Shown piece after piece: positions 9,915-17,999 of a stretch of DNA of 56,372 nt (the stretch's first letter is position 1; each line of letters begins with the position of its first letter). The position numbers and the translations under genes are program-made. The DNA comes from a virus (taxonomy: Duplodnaviria > Caudoviricetes). The DNA lies in IMG/VR virus record IMGVR_UViG_3300034111_001022, positions 1 to 56,372 of that record; one strand, given 5' to 3'. The notes under the pieces are model-generated. The model saw nothing but the letters and a program-made list of their open reading frames with translations, did no database searches and was not told the origin of the DNA.

Positions 9915-10444
9915 ACGTCGGTCACCACCTTAAGACCATCTAGGCTCTCGTCTGAGGCCTTCGCGGTTAGTCTGAGGTACTCGGCTAGCTCGTCATCAGT
10001 TAAGCGGCTCAGCTTGATCTCACTAGCCAGCGAGCCGTTGATGTTGATGTTCTTGCTCTCGACCTTGTCAACGTAGAGGCCGCTGACCTTCCCTCGTAGC
10101 ATCTCGCCGTTGATGGCAGCAGAGTACTGATCCTTGGCTGCAGCGAGGTCACTCAGCTGGCCCAACTTGATTAGGTGCTCTTCGAGTGTGATCTGCACCT
10201 TCTTGATCACAGGAGCGCGTAGCTCGGCAATCCTTGCAATTAGCTTGGGTTTTGACATGAGCTCATTTGCAGCTCGATAAATGGTTGAATCCTTGTAGCG
10301 ACTGGTGTCGTAGGCCGCTCTGTAGGCATCTGACTGGTTGTTGCCCCTGACAATGTTCTGACAGAAGACCTCCTCTTGCGCGGTAAGACCGCTTGGCATT
10401 AGCGCCTTTGACGCTGTCTTGCGTGACTCACTTACTTCACTCAT
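9911..10444 (-). CDS. terS: Terminase small subunit
   Basis: LTAQEEVFC...NQSDAYRAAY...ANELM HTH-type terS pattern, overlaps terL start. Confidence 0.85.
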   Translation of the reverse strand: MSEVSESRKTASKALMPSGLTAQEEVFCQNIVRGNNQSDAYRAAYDTSRYKDSTIYRAANELMSKPKLIARIAELRAPVIKKVQITLEEHLIKLGQLSDLAAAKDQYSAAINGEMLRGKVSGLYVDKVESKNININGSLASEIKLSRLTDDELAEYLRLTAKASDESLDGLKVVTDV

Positions 10445-10716
10445 GCTTTAAGCCCTGACAAATGTTCGATCGTGAGTGTAAACCCTTCTCGTCTTGCGAT
10501 GTGCATAATCTCTATCCAGTACTTCTGCGGGATGTGACCGTCTGTGCCCTTCATGATCTTAGGATACGTCCATCGAGTGATCGTGCTCGGACTGATACCA
10601 AGCTTCTTGGCCAGTGAGCGATTGCTCTTGAACTTAGCTAGGACCGTGGCCGCCGGCTTTTTGTTCATTAGGTGACTGTACTCTTCGTTGCCCATTTGCG
10701 TTCCAATAATATTCAA
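10441..10716 (-). CDS. Cro-like helix-turn-helix regulator (true start may be 10695 or 10668)
   Basis: RSLAKKLGISPSTITRW HTH followed by GHIPQKYW. Confidence 0.8.
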   Translation of the reverse strand: MNIIGTQMGNEEYSHLMNKKPAATVLAKFKSNRSLAKKLGISPSTITRWTYPKIMKGTDGHIPQKYWIEIMHIARREGFTLTIEHLSGLKA

Positions 10717-10724
10717 CAGCGAGT

Positions 10725-10757
10725 AGTCTAAACTAGTTGTGCGTTTTACTCAACATA
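10725..10757 (-). promoter_or_regulatory. Leftward promoter overlapping a degenerate operator
   Basis: TTGAGT-N17-TAGACT on minus; AGTTGTG-cgttttact-CAACATA resembles the AGTGTTG-N9-CAACACT palindrome. Confidence 0.55.
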
Positions 10758-10831
10758 CAAAAGCATTTTAAATAAAATTAGCCTTGAAACCTAGTCATAG
10801 TGTCATCGTTAAAAATAATTAAAAATAATTG

Positions 10832-10919
10832 AAAATAAGTGTTGCGTTTTTCTCAACACTCTGTATAATCGTTTCTGTGGTTGGGCAACACAATAAAACT
10901 AAAAGGACTAAACAAAATG
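10832..10919 (+). promoter_or_regulatory. 88-bp early promoter/operator/RBS cassette, copy 1
   Basis: A-rich UP region, TTGCGT-N16-TATAAT, AGTGTTG-N9-CAACACT palindrome, AAAGGA RBS, ATG. Confidence 0.85.
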
Positions 10920-11099
10920 AACGAAGATGAATACACAAACTACGGTACCGAACAAGATCGAGTGGATCAATACACTTACGTTTACGGCGCCGAAAGAACA
11001 GACTCTCAATGGATTCTTTCACCGTACGACACTTGGGAACGCAACCCACACTACACAGGCCCAGATCAGGGTCATCCAGAAGACGATTACGACGATTAA
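10917..11099 (+). CDS. Small acidic early protein (60 aa)
   Basis: Start re-assigned to the cassette ATG (MNEDEY...). Confidence 0.75.
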   Translation: MNEDEYTNYGTEQDRVDQYTYVYGAERTDSQWILSPYDTWERNPHYTGPDQGHPEDDYDD

Positions 11100-11104
11100 T
11101 TAAA

Positions 11105-11122
11105 TAGGGCCTTCGGGCCCTA
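11105..11122 (+). other. Stable cUUCGg hairpin (mRNA stabiliser or weak terminator)
   Basis: TAGGGCC-TTCG-GGCCCTA with no U-tract. Confidence 0.6.
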
Positions 11123-11137
11123 CTCAAGGAGATTAAA

Positions 11138-11401
11138 ATGAACAGCAAACTAAAAAGAAAAGCAAACCAAATAACTAACCGTTTCCCTGGCGTGTGGCTA
11201 AAAGACGGTGAAGACTTTAACGGCAGCACGAACGCGCTATGGTCTGGCGAGGGCTCAGAGATCAACGGCAACTACGCGTTTGACTACTACGGCTTTCGTG
11301 ACACGATGGGCGTGCACCCAGAGTTGTTTGAGTACCTACACAAGATAGGCCTACACTCTGAATGGTACGATAGCGGTACAGTTTTAATTTATGTAAATTA
11401 A
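11138..11401 (+). CDS. Hypothetical early protein
   Basis: AAGGAG RBS, 87 aa. Confidence 0.75.
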   Translation: MNSKLKRKANQITNRFPGVWLKDGEDFNGSTNALWSGEGSEINGNYAFDYYGFRDTMGVHPELFEYLHKIGLHSEWYDSGTVLIYVN

Positions 11402-11404
11402 TTG

Positions 11405-11492
11405 AAAATAAGTGTTGCGTTTCTCTCAACACTCTGTATAATGACTTCTGTGGTAGGACAACACAATAAAACTAAAAGGACTAAATAAAATG
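11405..11492 (+). promoter_or_regulatory. 88-bp early promoter/operator/RBS cassette, copy 2
   Basis: Near-identical to 10832-10919. Confidence 0.85.
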
Positions 11493-11774
11493 ACAAATCT
11501 AGCTAAACTTCAAGCAACAACTCAAATCGACCAACTAGGCATCTTGTTAGCTCAAATCGCTGACCTTGAGGCACAGGCCGAGATCATCAAGAACGAACTT
11601 AAATCAAACGAAGGCGTTATTGAGGGCGACCTCTTCCGTGGTGTTGTAACACTGTCAGAAAGAAAGACAGTAGACAACAAGGCAGTATTCATCGCTGCTG
11701 ACGTACCAGCTGAGTTAATCGCTAAGTACACAAAGACAACAGCTGTTATTACCTTAAAAGTAACTTCACGCTAG
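11490..11774 (+). CDS. Hypothetical early protein
   Basis: Starts at the cassette ATG; N-terminal coiled coil. Confidence 0.75.
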   Translation: MTNLAKLQATTQIDQLGILLAQIADLEAQAEIIKNELKSNEGVIEGDLFRGVVTLSERKTVDNKAVFIAADVPAELIAKYTKTTAVITLKVTSR

Positions 11775-11783
11775 GAGTCAATC

Positions 11784-12242
11784 ATGAAACTATCAAGCGC
11801 AACTAAAATAGCTACGACACTAATGAAAGAACATGGCTTGTTGACCCAAGGTTGGAAGTTCACTTACGACAGAGCCGTTCGCAGGTTCGGCTGCTGCAAC
11901 TACAGCAACAAGACAATCAGCTTAAGCAAACACCTGGTAGAGCTTAACGATGAAAAGCAAATGATTGACACCATGCTGCATGAGATTGCTCACGCGTTGG
12001 TTGGCAAGGGCCACGGCCACAATCGTACCTGGCAGCGTCAGGCTGTAAGCATCGGCTGCAGTGGAACTAGATGCTACGGCAGCGAGGTTGTTAAGCCAAA
12101 AGCTAAGTACAAGCTTACCTGCCCTAACTGTGACCGCGTAACAACTCGATCAAAGCTTCGCAGCGGACTTGCTTGTGGTGCCTGCTGCAGACAATACAAC
12201 GGCGGAAAATACTCTGCTGCTTACCAATTTATAGTTCACTAA
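11784..12242 (+). CDS. SprT-like zinc metalloprotease
   Basis: RRFGCC..TISLS, MLHEIAH..GH.H..W, C-terminal CPNC/CGAC zinc ribbon. Confidence 0.85.
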   Translation: MKLSSATKIATTLMKEHGLLTQGWKFTYDRAVRRFGCCNYSNKTISLSKHLVELNDEKQMIDTMLHEIAHALVGKGHGHNRTWQRQAVSIGCSGTRCYGSEVVKPKAKYKLTCPNCDRVTTRSKLRSGLACGACCRQYNGGKYSAAYQFIVH

Positions 12243-12252
12243 GGAGAACATC

Positions 12253-12465
12253 ATGACAACATCAACACAAACAACTTGGACCCCATACGACGCCTCAGCG
12301 TGCGTGGAAGGCTTCGACGGCGAAGAACACGATCAGGACACAATCATCTCAGCCTGGCAGTACCTACTCGACACCGGACTCGTCTGGCAGCTGCAAGGTT
12401 GGTACGGCCGTACCGCTACTCAACTGATCGAAGCCGGCTACATCATCCCACCAGCCACACACTAG
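12253..12465 (+). CDS. Hypothetical early protein
   Basis: AAGGAG RBS; AWQYLLDTGLVWQLQGWYGR. Confidence 0.75.
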   Translation: MTTSTQTTWTPYDASACVEGFDGEEHDQDTIISAWQYLLDTGLVWQLQGWYGRTATQLIEAGYIIPPATH

Positions 12466-12475
12466 GGACTACATC

Positions 12476-12829
12476 ATGACTAAAGACGAAGCATTAAAGA
12501 TGGCGATTGAAGCGTTAGAAAAGTCATTAGACTACATAGAAGAAGAAACCATTGAGTCTATTTATATAAGGCAATCACTTGGATATTCAATCAACGCTTG
12601 CAAAGAAGCACTAGAACAACCAGCGCAAGAATCTGTGGAATACTTGGGTGCGTTACCAAATGTAGATGGTTCAGTAAATCTTTATTTCAAAAAAGACCAA
12701 TGGCAAGGATTAACGGATGATGAAGATAATGCAATCATTAAAAAGATTTGGATATGGGGCAATGATTTCCCTTATGAAAAATACAGAATTGCTATTGAAC
12801 AAGCATTAAAGCAGAAGAACTTTAACTAG
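12476..12829 (+). CDS. Hypothetical phage protein
   Basis: MTKDEALKMAIEALE...AIEQALK, a common phage accessory pattern. Confidence 0.7.
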   Translation: MTKDEALKMAIEALEKSLDYIEEETIESIYIRQSLGYSINACKEALEQPAQESVEYLGALPNVDGSVNLYFKKDQWQGLTDDEDNAIIKKIWIWGNDFPYEKYRIAIEQALKQKNFN

Positions 12830-13057
12830 GGGTGCGGTGCTCGGTTATTCTTATACTACTTAAATGTGTAATGTGTGTGTGTTTTATGTCTGTACCAACT
12901 CTAAAATATACACACTCATTTCTCATATGAATACTTTTTACTATTTAACTGATAACCGATATCTAAAATAAAAAATATATAATAAAAACAAAGAATTAAA
13001 TAGGGGCGCGGTTAGGGGCGCAGTTGCAAAAAAGGGCGCGGTCACTGCGCCCTTTTT
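12827..13057. other. Putative replication origin: AT-rich tract flanked by GGG(C/T)GC(G/A)GT repeats
   Basis: Repeats at 12827, 13001, 13013, 13032 and inverted at 13044; non-coding; next to primase-helicase 3' end. Confidence 0.45.
13029..13057. terminator. Bidirectional intrinsic terminator
   Basis: AAAAAGGGCGCGG-TCA-CTGCGCCCTTTTT between convergent genes. Confidence 0.7.
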
Positions 13058-13059
13058 AC

Positions 13060-15519
13060 TTAGAATTCTACCTTTTCTAAAAATCCACCACTTTTGTTGC
13101 TGTGAAAGTCTCGCACGATGTTTTTTACCTCCGTCACTCGTGGGTCATCGACCGCGCCCCTAATCCACACATAATGATGCCCATCGTTGTAGATCTTTAT
13201 CTTACGTCCAGGGATGGGTGAGTACCCCATCTCAGACAAGATAATAGAGGCCGTCCTATTCTTAGGTAGCTCGCCGCCCTGGCCCAAGACAACCTTATTC
13301 ATCCAGGTAACATCAACAATCTTATCGTTAATAACCTCGCAGTTGTTGTTGCTGATAGCGTCGTCGATTAGATCCCAATCAGGCGACACGCTCAAGGCTT
13401 TCATCTCGCGCTTGGCCCCGGTGTCCGGCGCACGTCCGCTAGGATCAAAGCTGTCGGCAATCTTCCTGTTAAGCAAGAACCTAGCGATAGCGTCTGGACG
13501 ACGACGCGTGTTAGCGAACAGGTCGTCGAAGTACTCGCGGGCTTTCTCACGGCCACCGAAGGCGTCGAACAACTCCTCCTCGCTCTGTATCCTAGAGAAC
13601 ATAGCGCAATAGCGGCGCTCACCGTCGCCCAAGGGCACGGCGTCCTTGTGGTTAGTCAGCAGCAAGTACGACGTGAAGTTAGGCACGGTCCGATGATCGC
13701 GGCCCTTCTCCTCGATCTGAATGGTCGAGTTCGATATGATCGGCTTCAACTTGTCCAGTATCTCGTACTTGTTAGTGCCGGCGATACGGATCTCTTCGAC
13801 GACCGTCACGATAGAGCCGTGAGCCCAGCCGGTGAATCGGCCAGAGATGGCCTGCGTGTCTAGCGACCGAACATTGCTGCCGAGCAGCTCCTCGAAGACG
13901 TTACCGAAGTAACTCTTGCCGGTACCAGGTGCACCCTGCAGCAGCATCGCCCAGCCCACGCGCTTGCCTGGGTTCTGATAGATGTAGGCCATCCAATCTA
14001 GTAACAGGTCCTGCTCGTACTGCGACTCAAGCGTGAAGGCGACGTGCTTCAAGAACATGTCGACCACCATCTGACCGTCGTCGTCAATCGTCTCGCATGG
14101 GCTGACGCCCTTGGGTGAGTACGAGTTCATCATGCGCTTGTGCTCGTACGTGAAGAACTTACCGGCAGCGGGGAAGAACATAACGTCCACCACGGTCTGA
14201 AGGTTGTAGTTAACCAATGCAAGCTGTGAGGCCTGACGCTCGGCAGCCAAGCACTCAGGCTCGCGGTCGAACTTAGCGTTGAAGGCCTCGCGCTTGATCA
14301 TGTAGTCGGCCACGTCAGCGTTAGCGAACGAGCAGGTGTTCTCGACGTAGACCCAAGGGTCCAGCCAGTCCGGCTGCACGACGGTGTTAGCCCTGGCGAC
14401 GCGAGAGGCCTGCATCTCTTTGGTGATGGCGCCCTTGGCGACCTTGTTAATCTTACCGAAGTGATCAGCGAGCTCACTCACGACACCGGACCGGTAGACC
14501 GGCGGTAGGACGTGGTCGCTCATGGCGGTGATCTTGTCCTTGAACTTCTGGTACTCGTCGAAGGTGGCGACCTTCGAGGCCTCAAGCAGCAAGGTCTCGA
14601 ACATGTTATCCACAGCCACGACGCCGCCGGCCTCTTTGACCCAGTGCATGATAGAGGCGAACGTGATGGGCGACTCGGCGCCACCGAACGACTGCCACTT
14701 GGGAGCCATCTCTGCCTCATCGAACCGATCACTGTCAGCGCTGGACCAGGCGACCCAACGCTCAAAGCCTGCGGCCGAGCCTTGGAACTGATGAAAGAGC
14801 GCCATCCCTACCTTGACCCAAGTGTCGTACGGGGCCTGGGTAGGGTCGAGCGCGGACAGGTAGGCGTCGACCATCTCAGGTGTGATGTCGAGCGGCTGGT
14901 TGGCGAGCGCGGAGCTGAGCTCATCGAGCTCGTCGTCTGAAGAGTCTACCGTGACGTGTCTCTCGACGCCGTGTATGACGTCGGGCACGAGTAGCTCGTC
15001 GCCCTCTTGCGTCATGGACCAGTGATCACCGCCCTCAGGGTGCTGAGGCAAGAACATAGCCTGGTTAGGCACGGAGGAGCACTTGTCGAAGGCCTCGAAG
15101 GGGATGGTCGTGCCCAGCATGAAGTTAATCGCCAGCGCGCGGTACTCGTCAGGCGTGACCTCACGGCTGAGCGGGAGCACAACGCGGATGCGTGGGCGCT
15201 TGCTGTCGTGACGGTAGCTTGAGTAGGCGACGAAGGTGCCGCGAATGCTTATCTCTAAGTCAAACGCCAGATCGTCAATCGTGCCAACGTAGCCGTCGAT
15301 GTCTAGGACCATCAGCGTACGGGCGATCATGAACTCTTCCTTGCGCACGTCACCGCTGTAGTATCCACCGACCAAGTACTTGCCGCCCTTCTTATCGGCG
15401 ACCGCGTGAGTCGATAGCTGCTTCATTATATGTTGCCAACCGCGAACGACGGCGGCTACCTTATTACTCGATTCTGTCTTACCAATCGAGAGCTTGTATG
15501 TTTTCATTGGAGTGTCCAA
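13060..15519 (-). CDS. Primase-helicase (N-terminal primase-like, PriCT-2, C-terminal SF3/D5-like ATPase)
   Basis: LDID and YSSYRH..RPRIRVVLPL; YDTWVKVGMAL...WS...KWQSF; GAPGTGKS Walker A, VVEEI Walker B. Confidence 0.85.
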   Translation of the reverse strand: MDTPMKTYKLSIGKTESSNKVAAVVRGWQHIMKQLSTHAVADKKGGKYLVGGYYSGDVRKEEFMIARTLMVLDIDGYVGTIDDLAFDLEISIRGTFVAYSSYRHDSKRPRIRVVLPLSREVTPDEYRALAINFMLGTTIPFEAFDKCSSVPNQAMFLPQHPEGGDHWSMTQEGDELLVPDVIHGVERHVTVDSSDDELDELSSALANQPLDITPEMVDAYLSALDPTQAPYDTWVKVGMALFHQFQGSAAGFERWVAWSSADSDRFDEAEMAPKWQSFGGAESPITFASIMHWVKEAGGVVAVDNMFETLLLEASKVATFDEYQKFKDKITAMSDHVLPPVYRSGVVSELADHFGKINKVAKGAITKEMQASRVARANTVVQPDWLDPWVYVENTCSFANADVADYMIKREAFNAKFDREPECLAAERQASQLALVNYNLQTVVDVMFFPAAGKFFTYEHKRMMNSYSPKGVSPCETIDDDGQMVVDMFLKHVAFTLESQYEQDLLLDWMAYIYQNPGKRVGWAMLLQGAPGTGKSYFGNVFEELLGSNVRSLDTQAISGRFTGWAHGSIVTVVEEIRIAGTNKYEILDKLKPIISNSTIQIEEKGRDHRTVPNFTSYLLLTNHKDAVPLGDGERRYCAMFSRIQSEEELFDAFGGREKAREYFDDLFANTRRRPDAIARFLLNRKIADSFDPSGRAPDTGAKREMKALSVSPDWDLIDDAISNNNCEVINDKIVDVTWMNKVVLGQGGELPKNRTASIILSEMGYSPIPGRKIKIYNDGHHYVWIRGAVDDPRVTEVKNIVRDFHSNKSGGFLEKVEF

Positions 15520-15533
15520 TCTATTAATTGTTT

Positions 15534-15737
15534 TTATAGGTCCGCTGACTCGCTAGGTGCTACAATATCCAGCGCCTTAAAGCGGCCCTTAGTGATGCGT
15601 TCAATCTCAATCGCTCGACGGGCAGGCAAGCCACCCGTGGCTAACCACTGACTGACGGCGCCCTGCGTTACCTCTAGCGCGTCGGCCATCTTGTCCTGTG
15701 TACCGAAGTACGCGACCAACTCTATCAACTTACTCAT
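15534..15737 (-). CDS. cro: Cro-like transcriptional regulator
   Basis: YFGTQDKMADALEVTQGAVSQW...PARRAIEIERIT.G. Confidence 0.85.
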   Translation of the reverse strand: MSKLIELVAYFGTQDKMADALEVTQGAVSQWLATGGLPARRAIEIERITKGRFKALDIVAPSESADL

Positions 15738-15771
15738 TATGATTTACCCTTTAGTTAATTTACCCAAATAT

Positions 15772-15803
15772 ATTAGCACAAGTAATATTAGCTGTGGTAA
15801 TAT
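15772..15803. promoter_or_regulatory. Two tandem ATTAGC-N3-GCTAAT-like operators over the divergent promoter region
   Basis: ATTAGCACAAGTAAT (15772) and ATTAGCTGTGGTAAT (15787); extended -10 TGgTAATAT. Confidence 0.6.
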
Positions 15804-15845
15804 TATTTTGCAACACATCACTTAAAACATAAAAGGAAAACTAAA

Positions 15846-16229
15846 ATGTCACTAGAAGATAACATCAAAGAGCTAACCCTAGCCATCCACCGCCTTACTG
15901 TAGCGCTAGACGTTACAACCGCGAGCGTAACGCCGGCACCGACCGAGACCGTCTACGAGGTAGAGCTAACGGCCCCGGCGCCTAAGAAGCCTAAGGCCGA
16001 GCTTAAGGTTGTACAGAACGATCCGCCGGCAGCCGAGAAGGTCAAAGATACACCAGAGCAAACGCACGACAAGCTAAAGGCGCTGTGCCTGGACCTAGTG
16101 CGCAAAGACCCAGCGAACAGAGACAAGATTAAGGCAGTGATCTCTAGCTTTGGCGCCACCTTGGTGAGCGACGTCGCAGCCGACAAGCTACCATCATTGG
16201 CTAAGCAGCTATTGGAGCTAGGAGCATGA
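15846..16229 (+). CDS. Conserved hypothetical protein of the replication module
   Basis: AAAGGA RBS; Pro/Ala linker and helical C-terminus; overlaps exonuclease start. Confidence 0.75.
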   Translation: MSLEDNIKELTLAIHRLTVALDVTTASVTPAPTETVYEVELTAPAPKKPKAELKVVQNDPPAAEKVKDTPEQTHDKLKALCLDLVRKDPANRDKIKAVISSFGATLVSDVAADKLPSLAKQLLELGA

Positions 16230-17350
16230 GCACCGCCCACGCAAAGCTAAGCGCTAGCGGTAGCGCGAAGTGGTCCCTCTGTGCCGGCAGCGTGTTCGCC
16301 GAGAAGGACTACCCCAACACAACCTCTGTCTTTGCCGAGGAGGGCACGGCTGCTCACGAGCTGGCTGAGATGCTGCTGCGAGGCGACAGTTGGAATAACG
16401 TAATTGGCGAAACGCTGTTAGAAAGCAACGTGGTTGTCACCCAAGACATGTACGACTACGTTATGACCTACGTCAGCTACGTCAACTCAATCAGCGGCGA
16501 GCTGTTCGTCGAGCAGCGCGTGGACTTCAGTCACATCGCGCCAGAGGGGTTCGGCACCAGCGACGCCATCGTGATCAACGACGAGACCATGACCATCGTC
16601 GACCTTAAGTACGGCAAGGGCGTACGCGTTGACGCAGAGAACAACACGCAGGGCATACTGTACGCCCTCGGTGCGGTGAACGACTACGGCATGCTGTTCA
16701 ACATCAAGACTATTAATATAGTTATTGTGCAGCCGCGCCTCGATCACATCTCAGAGTGGTCCATTGGCATCGACGAGCTTAACCGCTGGGGTGAGCGCCT
16801 AAAGCAAGCCGCCGAGCTAGCGTTAACTGACAACGCGCCGAGGGTGCCAGGTGAGAAACAATGCCAATGGTGTCGAGCCAAGGCCACCTGCCCAGCGCTA
16901 GCCAAGCTAACCGAGAGCACGCTGATGACCTCGTTCGATAACCTAGACACCAGCAAGCCGGAGCAGCTGACAGACGAGCAGCTTAAGACGGCGCTAGACA
17001 ACAAGAAGCTGATTGTCTCATGGTTCGACGCCATCGAGACCTTAGTGACCGACCGCCTAAGCACCGGCCAAGGGTTCAACGGTTACAAGCTGGTAGCCGG
17101 TAGGGCCAACCGTGCCTGGCGTGATGAGGTAGCGACAGCGGCCGCACTGCGTGACGTGCTAGGCGAGGACACGCTCTACACGCGCAAGATCATCTCACCG
17201 GCGCAGGCTGAGAAAGAGCTGGGCAAGTCACGCGCTGAGTTGCTGGACGACCTAGTCACCAAGCCAGAGGGCGCGCCAACGCTAGTGCCGGAGTCAGATA
17301 AGCGTCCTCCGGTCAACGTCAGTAAAAATGACTTTGACTTAATTAATTAG
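16226..17350 (+). CDS. DUF2800-family PD-(D/E)xK (Cas4-like) exonuclease
   Basis: HAKLSAS..W..C, AEEGTAAH, GFGTSD, IVDLKYG, CQWCRAKATC. Confidence 0.9.
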   Translation: MSTAHAKLSASGSAKWSLCAGSVFAEKDYPNTTSVFAEEGTAAHELAEMLLRGDSWNNVIGETLLESNVVVTQDMYDYVMTYVSYVNSISGELFVEQRVDFSHIAPEGFGTSDAIVINDETMTIVDLKYGKGVRVDAENNTQGILYALGAVNDYGMLFNIKTINIVIVQPRLDHISEWSIGIDELNRWGERLKQAAELALTDNAPRVPGEKQCQWCRAKATCPALAKLTESTLMTSFDNLDTSKPEQLTDEQLKTALDNKKLIVSWFDAIETLVTDRLSTGQGFNGYKLVAGRANRAWRDEVATAAALRDVLGEDTLYTRKIISPAQAEKELGKSRAELLDDLVTKPEGAPTLVPESDKRPPVNVSKNDFDLIN

Positions 17351-17362
17351 CTGTGCTAATAT
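17334..17362 (+). promoter_or_regulatory. Promoter with a perfect ATTAGC-TGT-GCTAAT operator
   Basis: TTGACT-N17-TAATAT with extended TG; palindrome 17346-17360. Confidence 0.65.
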
Positions 17363-17418
17363 TCTTTTTGTGCGCAGTCTAGGCACAATAAACTTCAAAC
17401 GTAAAAGGAAAAAGTAAA

Positions 17419-17934
17419 ATGTCTCAAATTAAACTTAAAAATGTACGACTATCATTCCCCTCACTGTTTCACAAGGCGTCTTTCCAAGGCAACGAAACTA
17501 AGTACGAGGCAACCTTCCTACTAAACAAAAAGACACACGCGGAAACAATCGCCGAGATTCAGTCTGCAATCGCTGAGAAAGTTAAGACAGACTTAAAAGG
17601 TGCCAAGCTTGGCTCCGACAAGATCTGCCTTAAAGATGGCGACGAGATTGACTACGACGGGTACGCCGGTCACTTTAGTATCAAGGGCGCTAACGGCAAA
17701 CGTCCGTTGGTTATCGGCAAGGACAAGTCACCAGTAACAGAAGACGACAATGTTTTCTACGCTGGTTGCTACGTCAACGCAATAATTGAGCTTTGGGCAC
17801 AGGACAACGGCTTCGGTAAGCGTATCAACGCTAACCTATTGGCTGTTCAGTTTGCCGGTGACGGTGAGCCGTTCGGTGACGGCGGTACGAGTGTTGGTGT
17901 TGACGATTTTGATATTGTTGACGACGACTTTTAA
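17419..17934 (+). CDS. DUF2815-family single-stranded DNA-binding protein
   Basis: VRLSFPSLF, LKDGD, FYAGCYVNA, QFAGDGEPFG, acidic tail ending in F. Confidence 0.9.
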   Translation: MSQIKLKNVRLSFPSLFHKASFQGNETKYEATFLLNKKTHAETIAEIQSAIAEKVKTDLKGAKLGSDKICLKDGDEIDYDGYAGHFSIKGANGKRPLVIGKDKSPVTEDDNVFYAGCYVNAIIELWAQDNGFGKRINANLLAVQFAGDGEPFGDGGTSVGVDDFDIVDDDF

Positions 17935-17953
17935 TACGCGTTACATGTAACAC

Positions 17954-17979
17954 CGCCCCTCGATGCTGAGGGGCGTTTT
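17954..17979 (+). terminator. Intrinsic terminator after SSB
   Basis: CGCCCCTC-N6-GAGGGGCG-TTTT. Confidence 0.7.
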
Positions 17980-17999
17980 AACTAAAAGGCTACCCCTTA

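Noticed and set aside
10819-11271. 150-aa minus-strand ORF and 5' extensions of ORFs at 10881 and 22385
   Set aside because: They run through the promoter cassette or antisense to RBS-supported genes; true starts are 10917 and 22427
16226-17350. Cas4 as evidence of a CRISPR system
   Set aside because: It is the DUF2800-type phage replication exonuclease in its usual module
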